Source: Macrostomum lignano (taxonomy: Eukaryota). From it: DNA of 64,000 bases. Both the position numbers and the translations under genes were made by a program. The stretch covers positions 1-64,000 of the forward strand of contig NIVC01001862.1 of the NCBI GenBank assembly GCA_002269645.1, in the 5' to 3' direction. The notes under the pieces were generated by a model, which did no database searches, was not told where the DNA came from, and saw only the letters and a program-made list of their open reading frames with translations. Shown here one piece after another: positions 47,195-59,360 of this stretch. How positions within the stretch are numbered: the first letter of the stretch is position 1; each line of letters begins with the position of its first letter.

Positions 47195-50100
47195 GTCTCT
47201 CTCTCTCTTCTCTTCCTGAGCCTGAGACGTCTGTGCTCACTCCCTCCCGCTGAGACGCTGCCCGCAGGCCCTCCTCTGAGTCGATAACTCAATGCTAAGG
47301 CGGCGCCACCGCATGCGGCAGGCAAGGCGGAGCTGCCAGCCCCCCTGAGGCTGCCCCAGAGCTATCAAAGACTGTCACTGTAGCGATGGCATTAGCCAAA
47401 TCAGGGATATATCTCCTGGAGTCGTCGGGACAGACAGTTGGTAAATAAGGGGCAGTGGGGCGTCTCGCCAGCTCGGTGAGGGAAGAAGTCGTGCAAATAA
47501 TCATAATCCTAATGAAGTCAGCACATTTGTTCAATATTACTCGTGCATACTTGCAGCCCAGGGCGCGCCACCTATAATTGGATGTAAAAGTCTCACACAG
47601 GAAGACTAATAGGCATTGTAAATCTGAAATGCAAGCTTCATCTAAGGGAGAAGATTGCGGGCAGAGAGAGAGAGAGAGAGAGAGAGGAAGACGACAAGAA
47701 GTACAGAGAGTGAGAGAGTGGAGAACGAAAAATAGAAATTCGAGAGGAGAAATTAGGTAGAAAGTGGAGCTGGGAAGCTATCTATGGGAGAGAAGAGAGG
47801 TTCAGTTTAGCAAAAAGTACATTGTTCTTCAACTCGCCCGGTTTTACCCCCGGGGGGAGAGATGAAGAGGTGAAGCAGAGAGAGATAGATGGGAGAGAGG
47901 GAGATAGAGGGAGAGAGGGAGAGAGGGAGAGAGAGGGGAGATGGAGAGGTGGAAGAAGAGGGAGACGGAGAGGGAGAGGGAGAGGGAGAGAAGGAGAGTT
48001 AGAAGGAGAGGGAGAGGGGAGAGGGAGAGAAGGAGAGGGAGAGGGAGAGGGAGAGGGGAGAGGGAGAGAAGGAGAGGGAGAGGGAGAGGGAGAGGGAGAA
48101 AAGGAGAGGGAGAGGGAGAGGGAGAGAAGGAGAGGGAGAGGGAGAGGGAGAGAAGGAGAGGGAGGGGGACGGAGGGAGTAAAAATTTGATGAGATTGAAG
48201 GTGTTTATGGCAAAGGGTTAGCAATAAAGAAGACTAAAATGCACTAAGCAGTATGTAAAAATACAGATGCTGAAATAGCGGCCGAAAGATGTCCTCTAGA
48301 GAGACAGACAAAGTCTGAAACAGTGTTGGCTGGCTCAGAAAATAAAATTAATATAATAAAAAAAACAAATTCTGTCCAATAAAGCAGCAGACAGCTCTGG
48401 AGCAGCAATAATTCGGAAACTTTCTCAAATCAATTACTAGCACTGCACCCCCTCCTTCCAGCCTGTCAAGTCCGGTTAGTTTGTAGTGCCAGCCTGACTG
48501 CGAATCGGTTTCCTCTAGAGGAAAAACACAACTAAGAAGTGTCCATCGAAATTAGATGCGAACTCTGCGCGGCCTTGACGAGTGACGGGATTTTGTGTCG
48601 CTTATCGATCCGCACTTTTTGGGGATTAAGCGAGAGAGAGAGATGGAAAAGAACTCCAAACTGCGCTTCTCCTGAGGCAGCAGAAGAGATTCAATGGGAA
48701 CTTTTTTTGGGGGATGGCATCTGCCCGCCTCTTCCCGGGGATAATTCCCACGATTTTGGGTCTTGAATATCTGCCTGATTGCAGAGCAGCTTTGTAGGAA
48801 TTTTACGGCGAATTTTCAGTGGCTGTTTCTTGGAAATAATTGTGCGCGCCAGCAGATTTCCATTGGGGGCCGGTTATGAGATTGGGAAATTTTCAGTTTC
48901 TGGGGCACTGAATTCCCAAAATCTCACCGTATGGACTTTGAAATTCCAATCACATTCAGTCCGAAAAATTCCTATTTGATAGAATTAACAATTAAATTCC
49001 ATTTGCGATTTTGTAAATATTTGATTCATGAAATGGATTGCTAATCTATTCCGATCAGTAATAAAGTATAAAATGGATTGCTAATCTATTCCCATCGATA
49101 ATCAAGTAAAAATGGATTGCTGATCCATTGCCATCGATAATCAAGTATAAAATGGATTGCTGATCCATTGCCATCGATAATCAAGTATAAAATGGATTGC
49201 TAATCTATTCCCATCGATAATCAAGTATAAAATGGATTGCTAATCTATTCCCATCGATAATCAAGTATAAAATGGATTGCTAATCTATTCCCATCGATAA
49301 TCAAGTATAAAATGGATTGCTAATCTATTCCCATCGATAATCAAGTATAAAATGGATTGCTAATTTATTCCCATCAGTAATCAAGTATCAAATGGATTGC
49401 TAATTTATTCCCATCAGTAATCAAGTATCAAATGGATTGCTAATCTATTCCCATCAGTAATCAAGTATCAAATGGATTGCTAATTTATTCCCATCAGTAA
49501 TCAAGTACCAAATGGATTGCTAATCTATTCCCATCAGTAATCAAGTATCAAATGGATTGCTAATCTATTCCCATCAGTAATCAAGTATCAAATGGATTGC
49601 TAATCTATTCCCATCAGTAATCAAGTACCAAATTGATTGCTAATCTATTCCCATCAGTAATCAAGTATCAAATGGATTGCTAATCTATTCCCATCAGTAA
49701 TCAAGTACCAAATTGATTGCTAATCTATTCCTATCAGTAATCAAGTATCAAATGGATTGCTAATCTATTCCCATCAGTAATCAAGTACCAAATTGATTGC
49801 TAATCTATTCCTATCAGTAATCAAGTACAAAATGGATTGCTAATCTATTCATGTCTATATCCAAGTATAAAATGGATTGCTAATCTATTCCCATTAGTAA
49901 TCAAGTATAAAATGGATTGCTAATCTATTCCCATTAGTAATCAAGTATAAAATGGATTGCTAATCTATTCCCATTAGTAATCAAGTATAAAATGGATTGC
50001 TAATCTATTCCCATTAGTAATCAAGTATAAAAGGGATTGCTGATCCATTGCCATCGATAATCAAGTATAAAATGGATTGCTGATCCATTCCCATCCATAA

Positions 50101-53100
50101 TCAAGTATAAAATGGATTGCTAATCCATTCCTATTAGTAATCAAGTATAAAATGGATTGCTAATCTATTCCCATCGATAATCAAGTATAAAATGGATTGC
50201 TAATCTATTCCCATCGATAATCAAGTATAAAATGGATTGCTAATCTATCAGCTGTTTCGATAAAACTCCATTGGAAAATGCACAACATTATTATAGCTCG
50301 TAGATAACTATCTACCACCACATACCCCGAGCAAGTGCCAGTCAGCTTTAATAACAATTAATTTACCCCGATATAGTACCTTTGCCTGGCCAAAGCAGCC
50401 CTGCAACTAAACTTAACTTCTAGAAAGGGCAGCTGGTTTTTGAAGGCCTTCTGAATGGCCAATTGACTTCCCCCGAGGCAAGTTGGCGGAGAAATGTTCC
50501 CCTTATCGTCCAGCATTGCGCCCTCACCTGTCAGTCAAATGGTGTCTGATGATCTTAAAGAAAAGCACGTCCCTCAAGTGTGCTAAGTGCACTGGAGTGA
50601 ACTTTGTTTTTCTACGTCAGTAGGGTCCCTGGTAAGATCGGTGGGTCAGTATAAGATCGGTGGGTCAGTAAGATCGGTGGGTCAGTAAGATCGGTGGGTC
50701 AGTATAGATCGGTGGGTCAGTATAGATCGGTTGGTCAGTCAGATCGGTGGGTCAAAAAGATTGGTGGGTCAGTAAGATCGGTGGGTCAGTATAATATCGG
50801 TGGGTCAGTATAGATCGGTTGGTCAGTCAGATCGGTGGGTCAGTAAGATCGGTGGGTCAGTAAGATCGGTTGGTCAGTCAGATCGGTGGGTCAAAAAGAT
50901 TGGTGGGTCAGTCAGATCGGTGGGTCAGTCAGATCGGTGGGTCAATAAGATCGGTGGGTCAGTATCAGATCGGTGGGTCAGTATCAGATCGGTGGGTCAG
51001 TATCAGATCGGTGGGTCAGTATCAGATCGGTGGGTCAGTATCAGATCGGTGGGTCAGTATAAGATCGGTGAGTCAGTAAGATCGGTGGGTCAGTAAGATC
51101 GGTGGGTCAGTAAGATCGATGGGTCAATAAGATCGGTGGGTCAGTATAATATCGGTGGGTCAGTATAGATCGGTTGGTCAGTATAGATCGGTGGGTCAAA
51201 AAGATTGGTGGGTCAGTCAGATCGGTGGGTCAGTCAGATCGGTGGGTCAGTATAGATCGGTGGGTCAAAAAGATTGGTGGGTCAGTCAGATCGGTGGGTC
51301 AGTCAGATAAGTGAGTCAGTAAGATCGGTGGGTCAGTAAGATCGGTGGGTCAATAATATCGGTGGGTCAGTATCAGATCGGTGGGTCAGTAAGATCGGTG
51401 GGTCAGTATAAGATCGGTGAGTCAATAGGATAGGTGGGTCAATAAGATTGGTGGGTCAGTCAGATCGGTGGGTCAGTCAGATCGGTGGGTCAGTATAAGA
51501 TCGGTGGTTCAATCAGATCGGTGGGTCAGTATCAGATCGGTTGGTCAGTATAAGATCGGTGGGTCAGTATAAGATCGGTGGGTCAGTAAGATCGGTGGGT
51601 CAGTATAAGATCGGTGGGTCAGTATAAGATCGGTGGGTCAGTATAAGATCGGTGGGTCAGTAACATCGCTGGGTCAGTAAGATCGGTGGGTCAGTAGCTC
51701 ATTCTACCACTGATCGGATGCCGGTAGGTCAGTGATGTAATCAGTTTGCAGACTGTTTCCAACACTTACCAGCGCCTTGAACGTGCGCCTTCTCGCAGCC
51801 CAGCAGAGCGATGACCCCGCCGCCAACCAGGAAGATGAAGCGGAACATGACTGGCCGCTTGTGCTTCTGGTCCGGAATGAACCAGAGCAGCGCGCCCAGG
51901 GCCGAGCCATAGACTATGCCGATGAAGGCGTCCCGGGGCCCGCGGAACAGGGCGCCTGCGATGCTGCCGTCCCCATCGTTCGATGCCATGCGAGAGCCAG
52001 ACTGAAGCCCGTAATGGCGAGGACGTCGTCCATTGATGAGGCGGCAATTATGAGAGTCGGGATGCCCTTCTCAACGCCGTAGCCCCGGTACTCAAGCTTG
52101 AGCATGCCCAGGACAACAACGGCCGGCGAGACTGCTCCTAGGACGAAGCCTGTTCGGTCATTCGGTCAAAGGGTCAATAGGTCAGTTTATGAACAGCTTG
52201 AATGCTGAAATTCAAATATTCAAGTGTTTGAACATGTCTGCTCACCCAGAATAAATCCCCACTCCCAGGGGAAGCCGAGGATAAAGAAGGCCGCAATGGC
52301 TCCCACAGTGCTCTCAACCAGACAGGGTATGAATGACAGTCTGAACACGGTTGCGGACAGTCTTCTGAGAGTGCTGGGGTCGAGGCTGAGCCCAGCTCTG
52401 AGCAGGATAGTGCAGAGCGCCAGTTCCCTCAGCTTGTTGAAGTACTCCTTGCTGATGTGCCGGGCCACGTTGATCTCAGGCGCGTTGCCAAGGACGCAGC
52501 CGACGATGAGCATGCCCAGCAGGGGCGGCAGGTTCAGCTTCTTCGACAACGAGCTCGCAGTCATGGAGCAGACGAACAGGACAAAGAGGCCGAAGAAGTT
52601 GCCGCCAGAGCATTGGAGCTGTTCCTCAATCTGCTCTGCGGACGTCGCACTTGAATCGTTGAGAAAGCTCGCCGTTGCTAAGGTTGCGTTGGCGGCCGTA
52701 GTCGAGTTTAAGGCGATGCAACGCCTGGGTAAAGCATGATCGCCGACAATGACGAACAGCAAACCGTAGAGCACCAGGATTGACAGCACGCCGGCGATGC
52801 ACCTGGCAACGTGGCCGTGTGGCGGGCACATCAGATTGAACCGGAGCCGCTCCCAGCAGGCCGGATCCTCCGGCAGGGGGTTTCTCTGAGTCCAAGCGAC
52901 TCGGGTGACCCTGTCCCAGCAGCGCTCGACCGCTGCCAGGCAGCGGGCTCGACAACTGTTGTCGACTTCCGGCGGCTCAGGTGACAGCGACGGAGGCGAT
53001 GGCGATTGTGTCGACGGCTGAGGCAAACCCGAGGGCTGGGACACCGGAAGCACCGTCTCCTGGCGGAGGGCCACGGAGCTTCGGCGCTGTTTTGCTCGAG

Positions 53101-56100
53101 TCTCGTGCCGCCGGATGGATTGGCGAAGGGCGCGCATACTCTGAAAATCAGATTTAATGACATTATTTGCATAAGGCTTAAATTGAGCAAACTACCAGCG
53201 GACAATCTATTCTTCTGCATCTCAACGAACAGAGCAAATCAGGCACACAAAATTCAAGAACAGGGGCCGAATTTTTGTTGTGCACTTTCTTTCAAAAAAA
53301 GAATCAAGTCGCCAGCCCTCCGGACCGTCAAGATATTCAAACAACTCTGCCAGAAGGTCGGATTCTTCTAATATGCACTACTGAATTTAGTACACCCCCT
53401 GTGCGCCAATAAGCACTGCGCCGAAGGTCTTGCAAAGCCTTCAAATTTCATCATCATGTTGACCACACGCGTCTGCATCAGCTCTGACTTTGGTCGCCAC
53501 CAGGTGGAGCTTCTGTATCTTCAAAGATCCGGATTTTCTTACAAAGCCTCGACAGTGGGCAAACGTCAACTTCTCGGGATACTCGACTAGTCTCTCACTC
53601 TCACTCTCACGCATCCAGTAATCATCCATTGGCTTTTTGTCAGCTATTTTTAATGACGTCATTATCATTAGCACTACTTTATTAGCACCACTACATGACG
53701 CCAACTCTAGAACTATTTTTAGCTATGTAAATATGACGTCTGCTCAATAACTATTTTCAGCACTGTAATGTGACGTCAGTTCCAAGTTTTTTTTCAGATC
53801 AAATGCCAAGAAAAACTATAGCTCAAGAGTTGCTAAATTTTATCAACTTCTCAGGCTTTTTTTGTTTATGGCCCTCTAGCGTCTGAAAGCTGTTAATAAG
53901 CCAAGTGCCGTTTTATTAGGCAAGAGTTTCTGAGCACTGCAAGTGCGCTCAAAACCATTTGTCCTTGACAACTATGCAATGGAGTAGAAGCAGGATGGAC
54001 GTAGCATTAGCTGCAATTTAATTGGAGGCAGAAAATTTCCGTGCCTCCAAATTTTGAGATTCCTCCCCTAGTTAGGGTAGAGGGGGATTGACAGTGAATG
54101 CACGAGGTGAGTTCCATTGTCATTCAGTGTGCGTTGACTGACTGTCTTTCTCTGTTGCTCATCTACCCTTCATTCTGGATGCACGCAGGCAAGAATCTCC
54201 CGCCGAATGAAACAATGAACAGGCCTCTTTATGGCAGCTTTCTGTTGAATAGATCGATCTGGTGCGTGTAGCAAAGCTATGTATAATTTCCTGTCACTTA
54301 AACAGCTATTTATTTGCAAAGTTGACCCCAAGTCATTCCTTATTTCCTAGGGAAAATATTGTTGGTTAGTTTGGCCAAGTTAAAGTCACTCGCTCGTACA
54401 GGCTCAGGCCAACTACCAAAGAGTAGAAGAGTGGAGTGAATGCTCTGCAAAGCTTTTCTACCTCAGCTATGACCTAATATGGAGAGGAAGTTTTTTGAGA
54501 AGCAGAGACTACTAAAGGCGTAATGCGCGGAGATAAAGCTCCACCTCAGATAGACAATTACTTTGAGTTCTTGCTGAGGCCTGAAGAATGATGGGAAGAG
54601 GGAAGAAATCGATGGATGCTGCTACAGACAATGAGGTCTCTTTCCGGGAAGCAAACAAAATCAATAGGTAGCAACTGATGGATGCAAAAATACAGTACCT
54701 ATTTTTATACTATCAGAAAGCAACCCAGCAGGTTTAGTCGTGATCGCGCACTGGAAAATGGGATGAAAACGTGGCAAATATACTCCTGATCACATGCAGT
54801 ATTCCTGATATTTAGGACTACCAAGGCCAATAAACAGTGAACCAGAATTCCCTCCGCAACCCAAGAGATAGCGATGATAAGAATCGCAGGCCATTGTACA
54901 CTGACCCGCCACCCCTCCAAAACCCAAGCGATAGCGGTGATAAGAATCGCAGGCTATTGTACACTGACCCGCCATTCCTCCAAAACCAAAGCGATAGCGG
55001 TGATAAGAATCGCAGGCTATTGCACACTGACCCGCCACCCCTCCAAAACCCTAGCGATAGCGGTGATAAGAATCGAAAGCCAATGTACACTGAACCGCCA
55101 CCCCTCCAAAACCCAATCGATAGCGGTGATAAGAATCGCAGGCTATTGCACACTAACCCGCCACCCCTCCAAAACCCAAGCGATAGCGATGATAAGAATC
55201 GCAGGCCATTGTACACTGACCCGCCACCCCTCCAAAACCCAATCGATAGCGGTGATAAGAATCGCAGGCTATTGCACACTAACCCGCCACCCCTCCAAAA
55301 CCCAAGCGATAGCGGTGATAAGAATCGCAGGCTATTGCACACTAACCCGCCACCCCTCCAAAACCCAAGCGATAGCGATGATAAGAATCGCAGGCCATTG
55401 TACACTGACCCGCCACCCCTCCAAAACCCAATCGATAGCGGTGATAAGAATCGCAGGCTATTGCACACTAACCCGCCACCCCTCCAAAACCCAAGCGATA
55501 GCGATGATAAGAATCGCAGGCCATTGTACACTGACCCGCCACCCCTCCAAAACCCAAGCGATAGCGATGATAAGAATCGCAGGCCATTGTACACTGACCC
55601 GCCACCCCTCCAAAACCCAAGCGATAGCGGTGATAAGAATCGCAGGCTATTGCACACTAACCCGCCACCCCTCCAAAACCCAAGCGATAGCGATGATAAG
55701 AATCGCAGGCCATTGTACACTGACCCGCCACCCCTCCAAAACCCAAGCGATAGCGATGATAAGAATCGCAGGCCATTGTACACTGACCCGCCACCCCTCC
55801 AAAACCCAAGCGATAGCGATGATAAGAATCGCAGGCTATTGCACACTAACCCGCCACCCCTCCAAAACCCAAGCGATAGCGATGATAAGAATCGCAGGCC
55901 ATTGTACACTGACCCGCCACCCCTCCAAAACCCAAGCGATAGCGATGATAAGAATCGCAGGCCATTGTACACTAACCCGCCACCCCTCCAAAACTTAATC
56001 GATAGCGGTGATAAGAATCGCAGGCTATTGCACACTAACCCGCCACCCCTCCAAAACCCAATCGATAGCGATGATAAGAATCGCAGGCCATTGTACACTG

Positions 56101-57598
56101 ACCCGCCACCCCTCCAAAACCCAATCGATAGCGGTGATAAGAATCGCAGGCTATTGCACACTAACCCGCCACCCCTCCAAAACCCAAGCGATAGCGATGA
56201 TAAGAATCGCAGGCCATTGTACACTGACCCGCCACCCCTCCAAAACCCAAGCGATAGCGATGATAAGAATCGCAAGCCAATGTACACTGACCCGCCACCT
56301 CTCCAAAACCAAAGCGATAGCGGTGATAAGAATCGCAAGCCAATGTACAATGACGCAAAACAATATACGAGTATATCGGAATCCAGGCGCAAGCATGTCT
56401 ATGCACCGTGACCTATGGGGTCTATTTTTCCAAACATAAGAGTTAGCGAACCTTAAGACTCGTAAATCGATTTTTAAGTATCTACACACGTGTACCTTTA
56501 ACATTGAGAAAATCAACGTGATGCTGGAAAAAGAGAAGTGAGCAAGCCACGAGAGATAGCTCTCGCAATCTGGGAGCCCGTACTTAACTCCTTCCAGGAC
56601 AGGAAACGTGGAATGAGTTGAGTTTTACTATGTTTTTGAATAGCCTCATTTGAAGACTGCTTTGGCTATTTTTGTTCTTCGATCAATGCTGTTCAGCAGC
56701 AGAAACTGAAAGCTTTTCGACACTACTGCTTCCGGTTTGTCCTTTTTCTGTCATAAAAAAGTGATTTTTGTTTGGATTTGACGTTTACTCATTCCCTTGC
56801 CTCCGATTGATTTATGAGCTGATGAACTAATACTAATCCAAACTTCATTTTGACGCCAAAAAGAGACAAAAAAATATATATTTTATTTTGTTATTCCAAT
56901 TTGATAGTTCCGCCTGTCAGTCGGAAAATCCCCCAGTCACTGCTTCAGAACCACGATATTCTGTGCTCAGAACTGCACTGAGCCATCGACAATAAAGTGG
57001 AGCTTCATTCATGATACTTAGTGCTGATTTTAATGGAACTATCAAGTTGACTGATTTTTATCAACTTAATCGGGCTTTATTAGCTACGGACGAGTGCACT
57101 TCTGCGTCAGTTGCTGGTGTTGCAGCGAATGGGGACTCTACACTTGATCGGCTTGAATATCAACTTGAAATCTTGAATCACAGCATTGTGCCGAATTTGT
57201 AGAACACTTGTCTCTAAAAGACTAATAATACTGATTCATACCCATGCAGGCCAACCTCTTTGGGACGATGGTCCACAACCCTCCTGTAAATATTTACTAC
57301 CGTGGAGGATTCTTGGCCTCACCTTGTGGCCAGCTGCCTCCATTTTGAGCGAGTCGCTTCTTGTCTGCCTTCCCAGCTGATCCTCGAATCGAAATTTCGC
57401 CTGATAGATGAGCACGGCATCTTCCTGGTTTGAGCAGCAGCTTGGTCTGTTCTCCCCAGATGCTGGAGCTCCTGCATCGGGATCTTCTTCATCAGCCTCG
57501 TGATCAACTGGATGCTGATCGAGCGGCTGCTGCAGCTGCTGCAGCTCAGGATCCTGCTGCAACGATTGCTGACTGTGATTGGTAACTTCTGAGTCCAT
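42368..57598 (-). CDS. SLC9B: SLC9B/NHA-type (CPA2) Na+/H+ antiporter, 4 exons, ~795 aa, with an apparent 1-nt deletion at ~51990
   Basis: complement(join(42368..43203,51770..52149,52246..53140,57323..57598)); GT..AG introns with matching phases. Motifs: [120 protein letters not shown]. Total 2387 nt, one short of a codon multiple, matching the frame jump FSLAL|GC|MASN. The first exon assignment is less certain. Confidence 0.85.
43880..46180 (+). repeat. Satellite with 106-bp higher-order repeat (five 21-22-bp monomers), ~19 near-identical copies, flanked by diverged monomers
   Basis: agtcgag recurs at 44035, 44141 and 44247 (period 106). Monomers: tagtagcctaatgttctattt / cagtcgcctaatggtctagct / tagtaagcctaatggtctattt / tagtagcctaatagtcaattt / tagtagcataatagtcgagtt. 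Confidence 0.95.
46972..47200 (+). repeat. (TCTG)n microsatellite
   Basis: Direct run. Confidence 0.95.
47870..48180 (+). repeat. GA-rich (gagagg)n low-complexity repeat
   Basis: Direct run. Confidence 0.9.
49030..50250 (+). repeat. 40-bp minisatellite (aatggattgctaatctattcccatcgataatcaagtataa), ~30 copies
   Basis: Period 40; blocks of variants (ccatcagtaa, ccattagtaa, gatccattg). Confidence 0.95.
50635..51697 (+). repeat. 17-19-bp minisatellite (gatcggtgggtcagtataa) abutting an SLC9B exon
   Basis: Dozens of gatcggtgggtcag units. Confidence 0.95.
54850..56345 (+). repeat. 63-bp minisatellite, ~24 copies, in SLC9B intron 1
   Basis: gcgatgataagaatcgcaggccattgtacactgacccgccacccctccaaaacccaagcgata, period 63 (55501 and 55564). 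Two alternating variants. Confidence 0.95.
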
Positions 57599-58204
57599 GT
57601 TGCGCAAGAATGCGATCGGTGATCTCCGACTCGATAAACTAGGCTTTCTGCGCAATCAAGACAGTCGATCTATGTGCGCATTACGACCTTGGAGTAAATT
57701 GTTCCACGCTCTTCCTTTCTTCAATGCTAAAAAGGTTGTGGAAGTGAGGGAGAGAAGGAGACAGAATGGGCCACTGAGACTTCCTGGACCAATCGCGTCT
57801 GGGATGCTATTTATAGCAGAAGGCTCTTGCTGAGGGCAACGCGGCTGCGGGCTCTCTGAATGCTGACGCTGTATGAGGAAGAGGAGGCTGCGGGGGAAGG
57901 AAGCTGACGGCAGCTTCCTGCGCAAGAGCCAAGCCACTCTCGCCCAAATTCTAAAGCGACAAACGGCGCGCAGTTTTGTGTCAGAAGTTAGATTTTTTCT
58001 TTACTAACAGCATAGAGAGGAGCTAAGCCGGGGAACAGACAGGGTGAGGGTGCAAAGTACGGAGGTGCCGTCTCTTTTCTACAGCCAATTTCCTAGACAG
58101 TCCATGGCTAATCAGCCATCAGAATGTCTGATCCGATGGCTGGACAGTCGCATGATTTTTTCAGTCGTACGACAGGCAATGTTCTCTGTCTCTAATAGCC
58201 TGTC

Positions 58205-58326
58205 TTAGTGTCTGACTGTCTGTCTGTCTGTGTGTCTGTCTGTGTCTGTCTGTCTGTCTGTGTGTCTGTCTGTCTGTCTGTGTGTCTGTCTGTGTCTGAC
58301 TGTCTGTCTGTCTGTGTGTCTGTCTG

Positions 58327-58365
<39 letters not shown>

Positions 58366-58496
58366 GTGTGTGTCTGTCTTTCTGTCTGACTGTCTGTCTG
58401 TCTGTGTGTCTGTCTGTGTCTGTCTGTCTGTGTGTCTGTCTGTGTCTGTCTGTCTGTGTGTCTGGACCTGTGTCTGTCTGTGTCTGTCTGTCTGTG

Positions 58497-58551
<55 letters not shown>

Positions 58552-58562
58552 GTGTCTGTCTG

Positions 58563-58593
<31 letters not shown>

Positions 58594-58610
58594 GTCTGTC
58601 TGTCTGTCTT

Positions 58611-58673
<63 letters not shown>

Positions 58674-58740
58674 GACTGTCTGTCTGTCTGTCTGTCTGTG
58701 TGTCTGTCTGTGTCTGTCTGTCTGTCTGTGTGTCTGTCTG

Positions 58741-58799
<59 letters not shown>

Positions 58800-58800
58800 G

Positions 58801-58867
<67 letters not shown>
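58205..58867 (+). repeat. (TCTG)n/(TGTC)n compound microsatellite
   Basis: Direct run. Confidence 0.95.
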
Positions 58868-58868
<1 letters not shown>

Positions 58869-59360
58869 CGCCTGTATCTCATAGCATCTGTTTCAGCCCA
58901 GCCTAACCCCAGCCAGCCTTGTCGCTGGGTCATAAAATTAGATTATTCAGAGCCCCAACGGGTTACTAAGGGCAGCCCTGGTCATTTAAACTTTTCTTTC
59001 ACCAGATAAACCCTGTCGTTTCTTTCATGGGCCTTCAACCCCAAATGATTCTTTGCTTTCTTCCCCAAGTACGATGTGGAATTTCTTTCACTTCGGGTCG
59101 AAATTAACTGCGCAAGACGCGGGTGATGCGGAGCGGTTCCTAACTGCCTCAGCCCAATCAGATTCCCTCCGAGCTACAGAGTTACTATAAAATCCATGCT
59201 AATGGATTCCGCACGCCTAAAGCCGAAATTTCGGCAAAAAAGTGCAACAGCCAACCACGAAAAGACCCAGCTGCTGATAAGCTGACAAGAAGTCTTGGCC
59301 GAACTTTCTAGAATTCGATGTGCTTTTTCGCATTAATTGAATTAAGATGTTTTTCATCGT

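Noticed and set aside
47295-47534. 79-aa GC-rich ORF within SLC9B intron 3
   Set aside because: No ATG-anchored recognisable domain and no convincing splice partners.
49030-50250. CRISPR-like array (palindromic ~40-bp repeats)
   Set aside because: Head-to-tail units without unique spacers, in a eukaryotic intron, with no cas genes.
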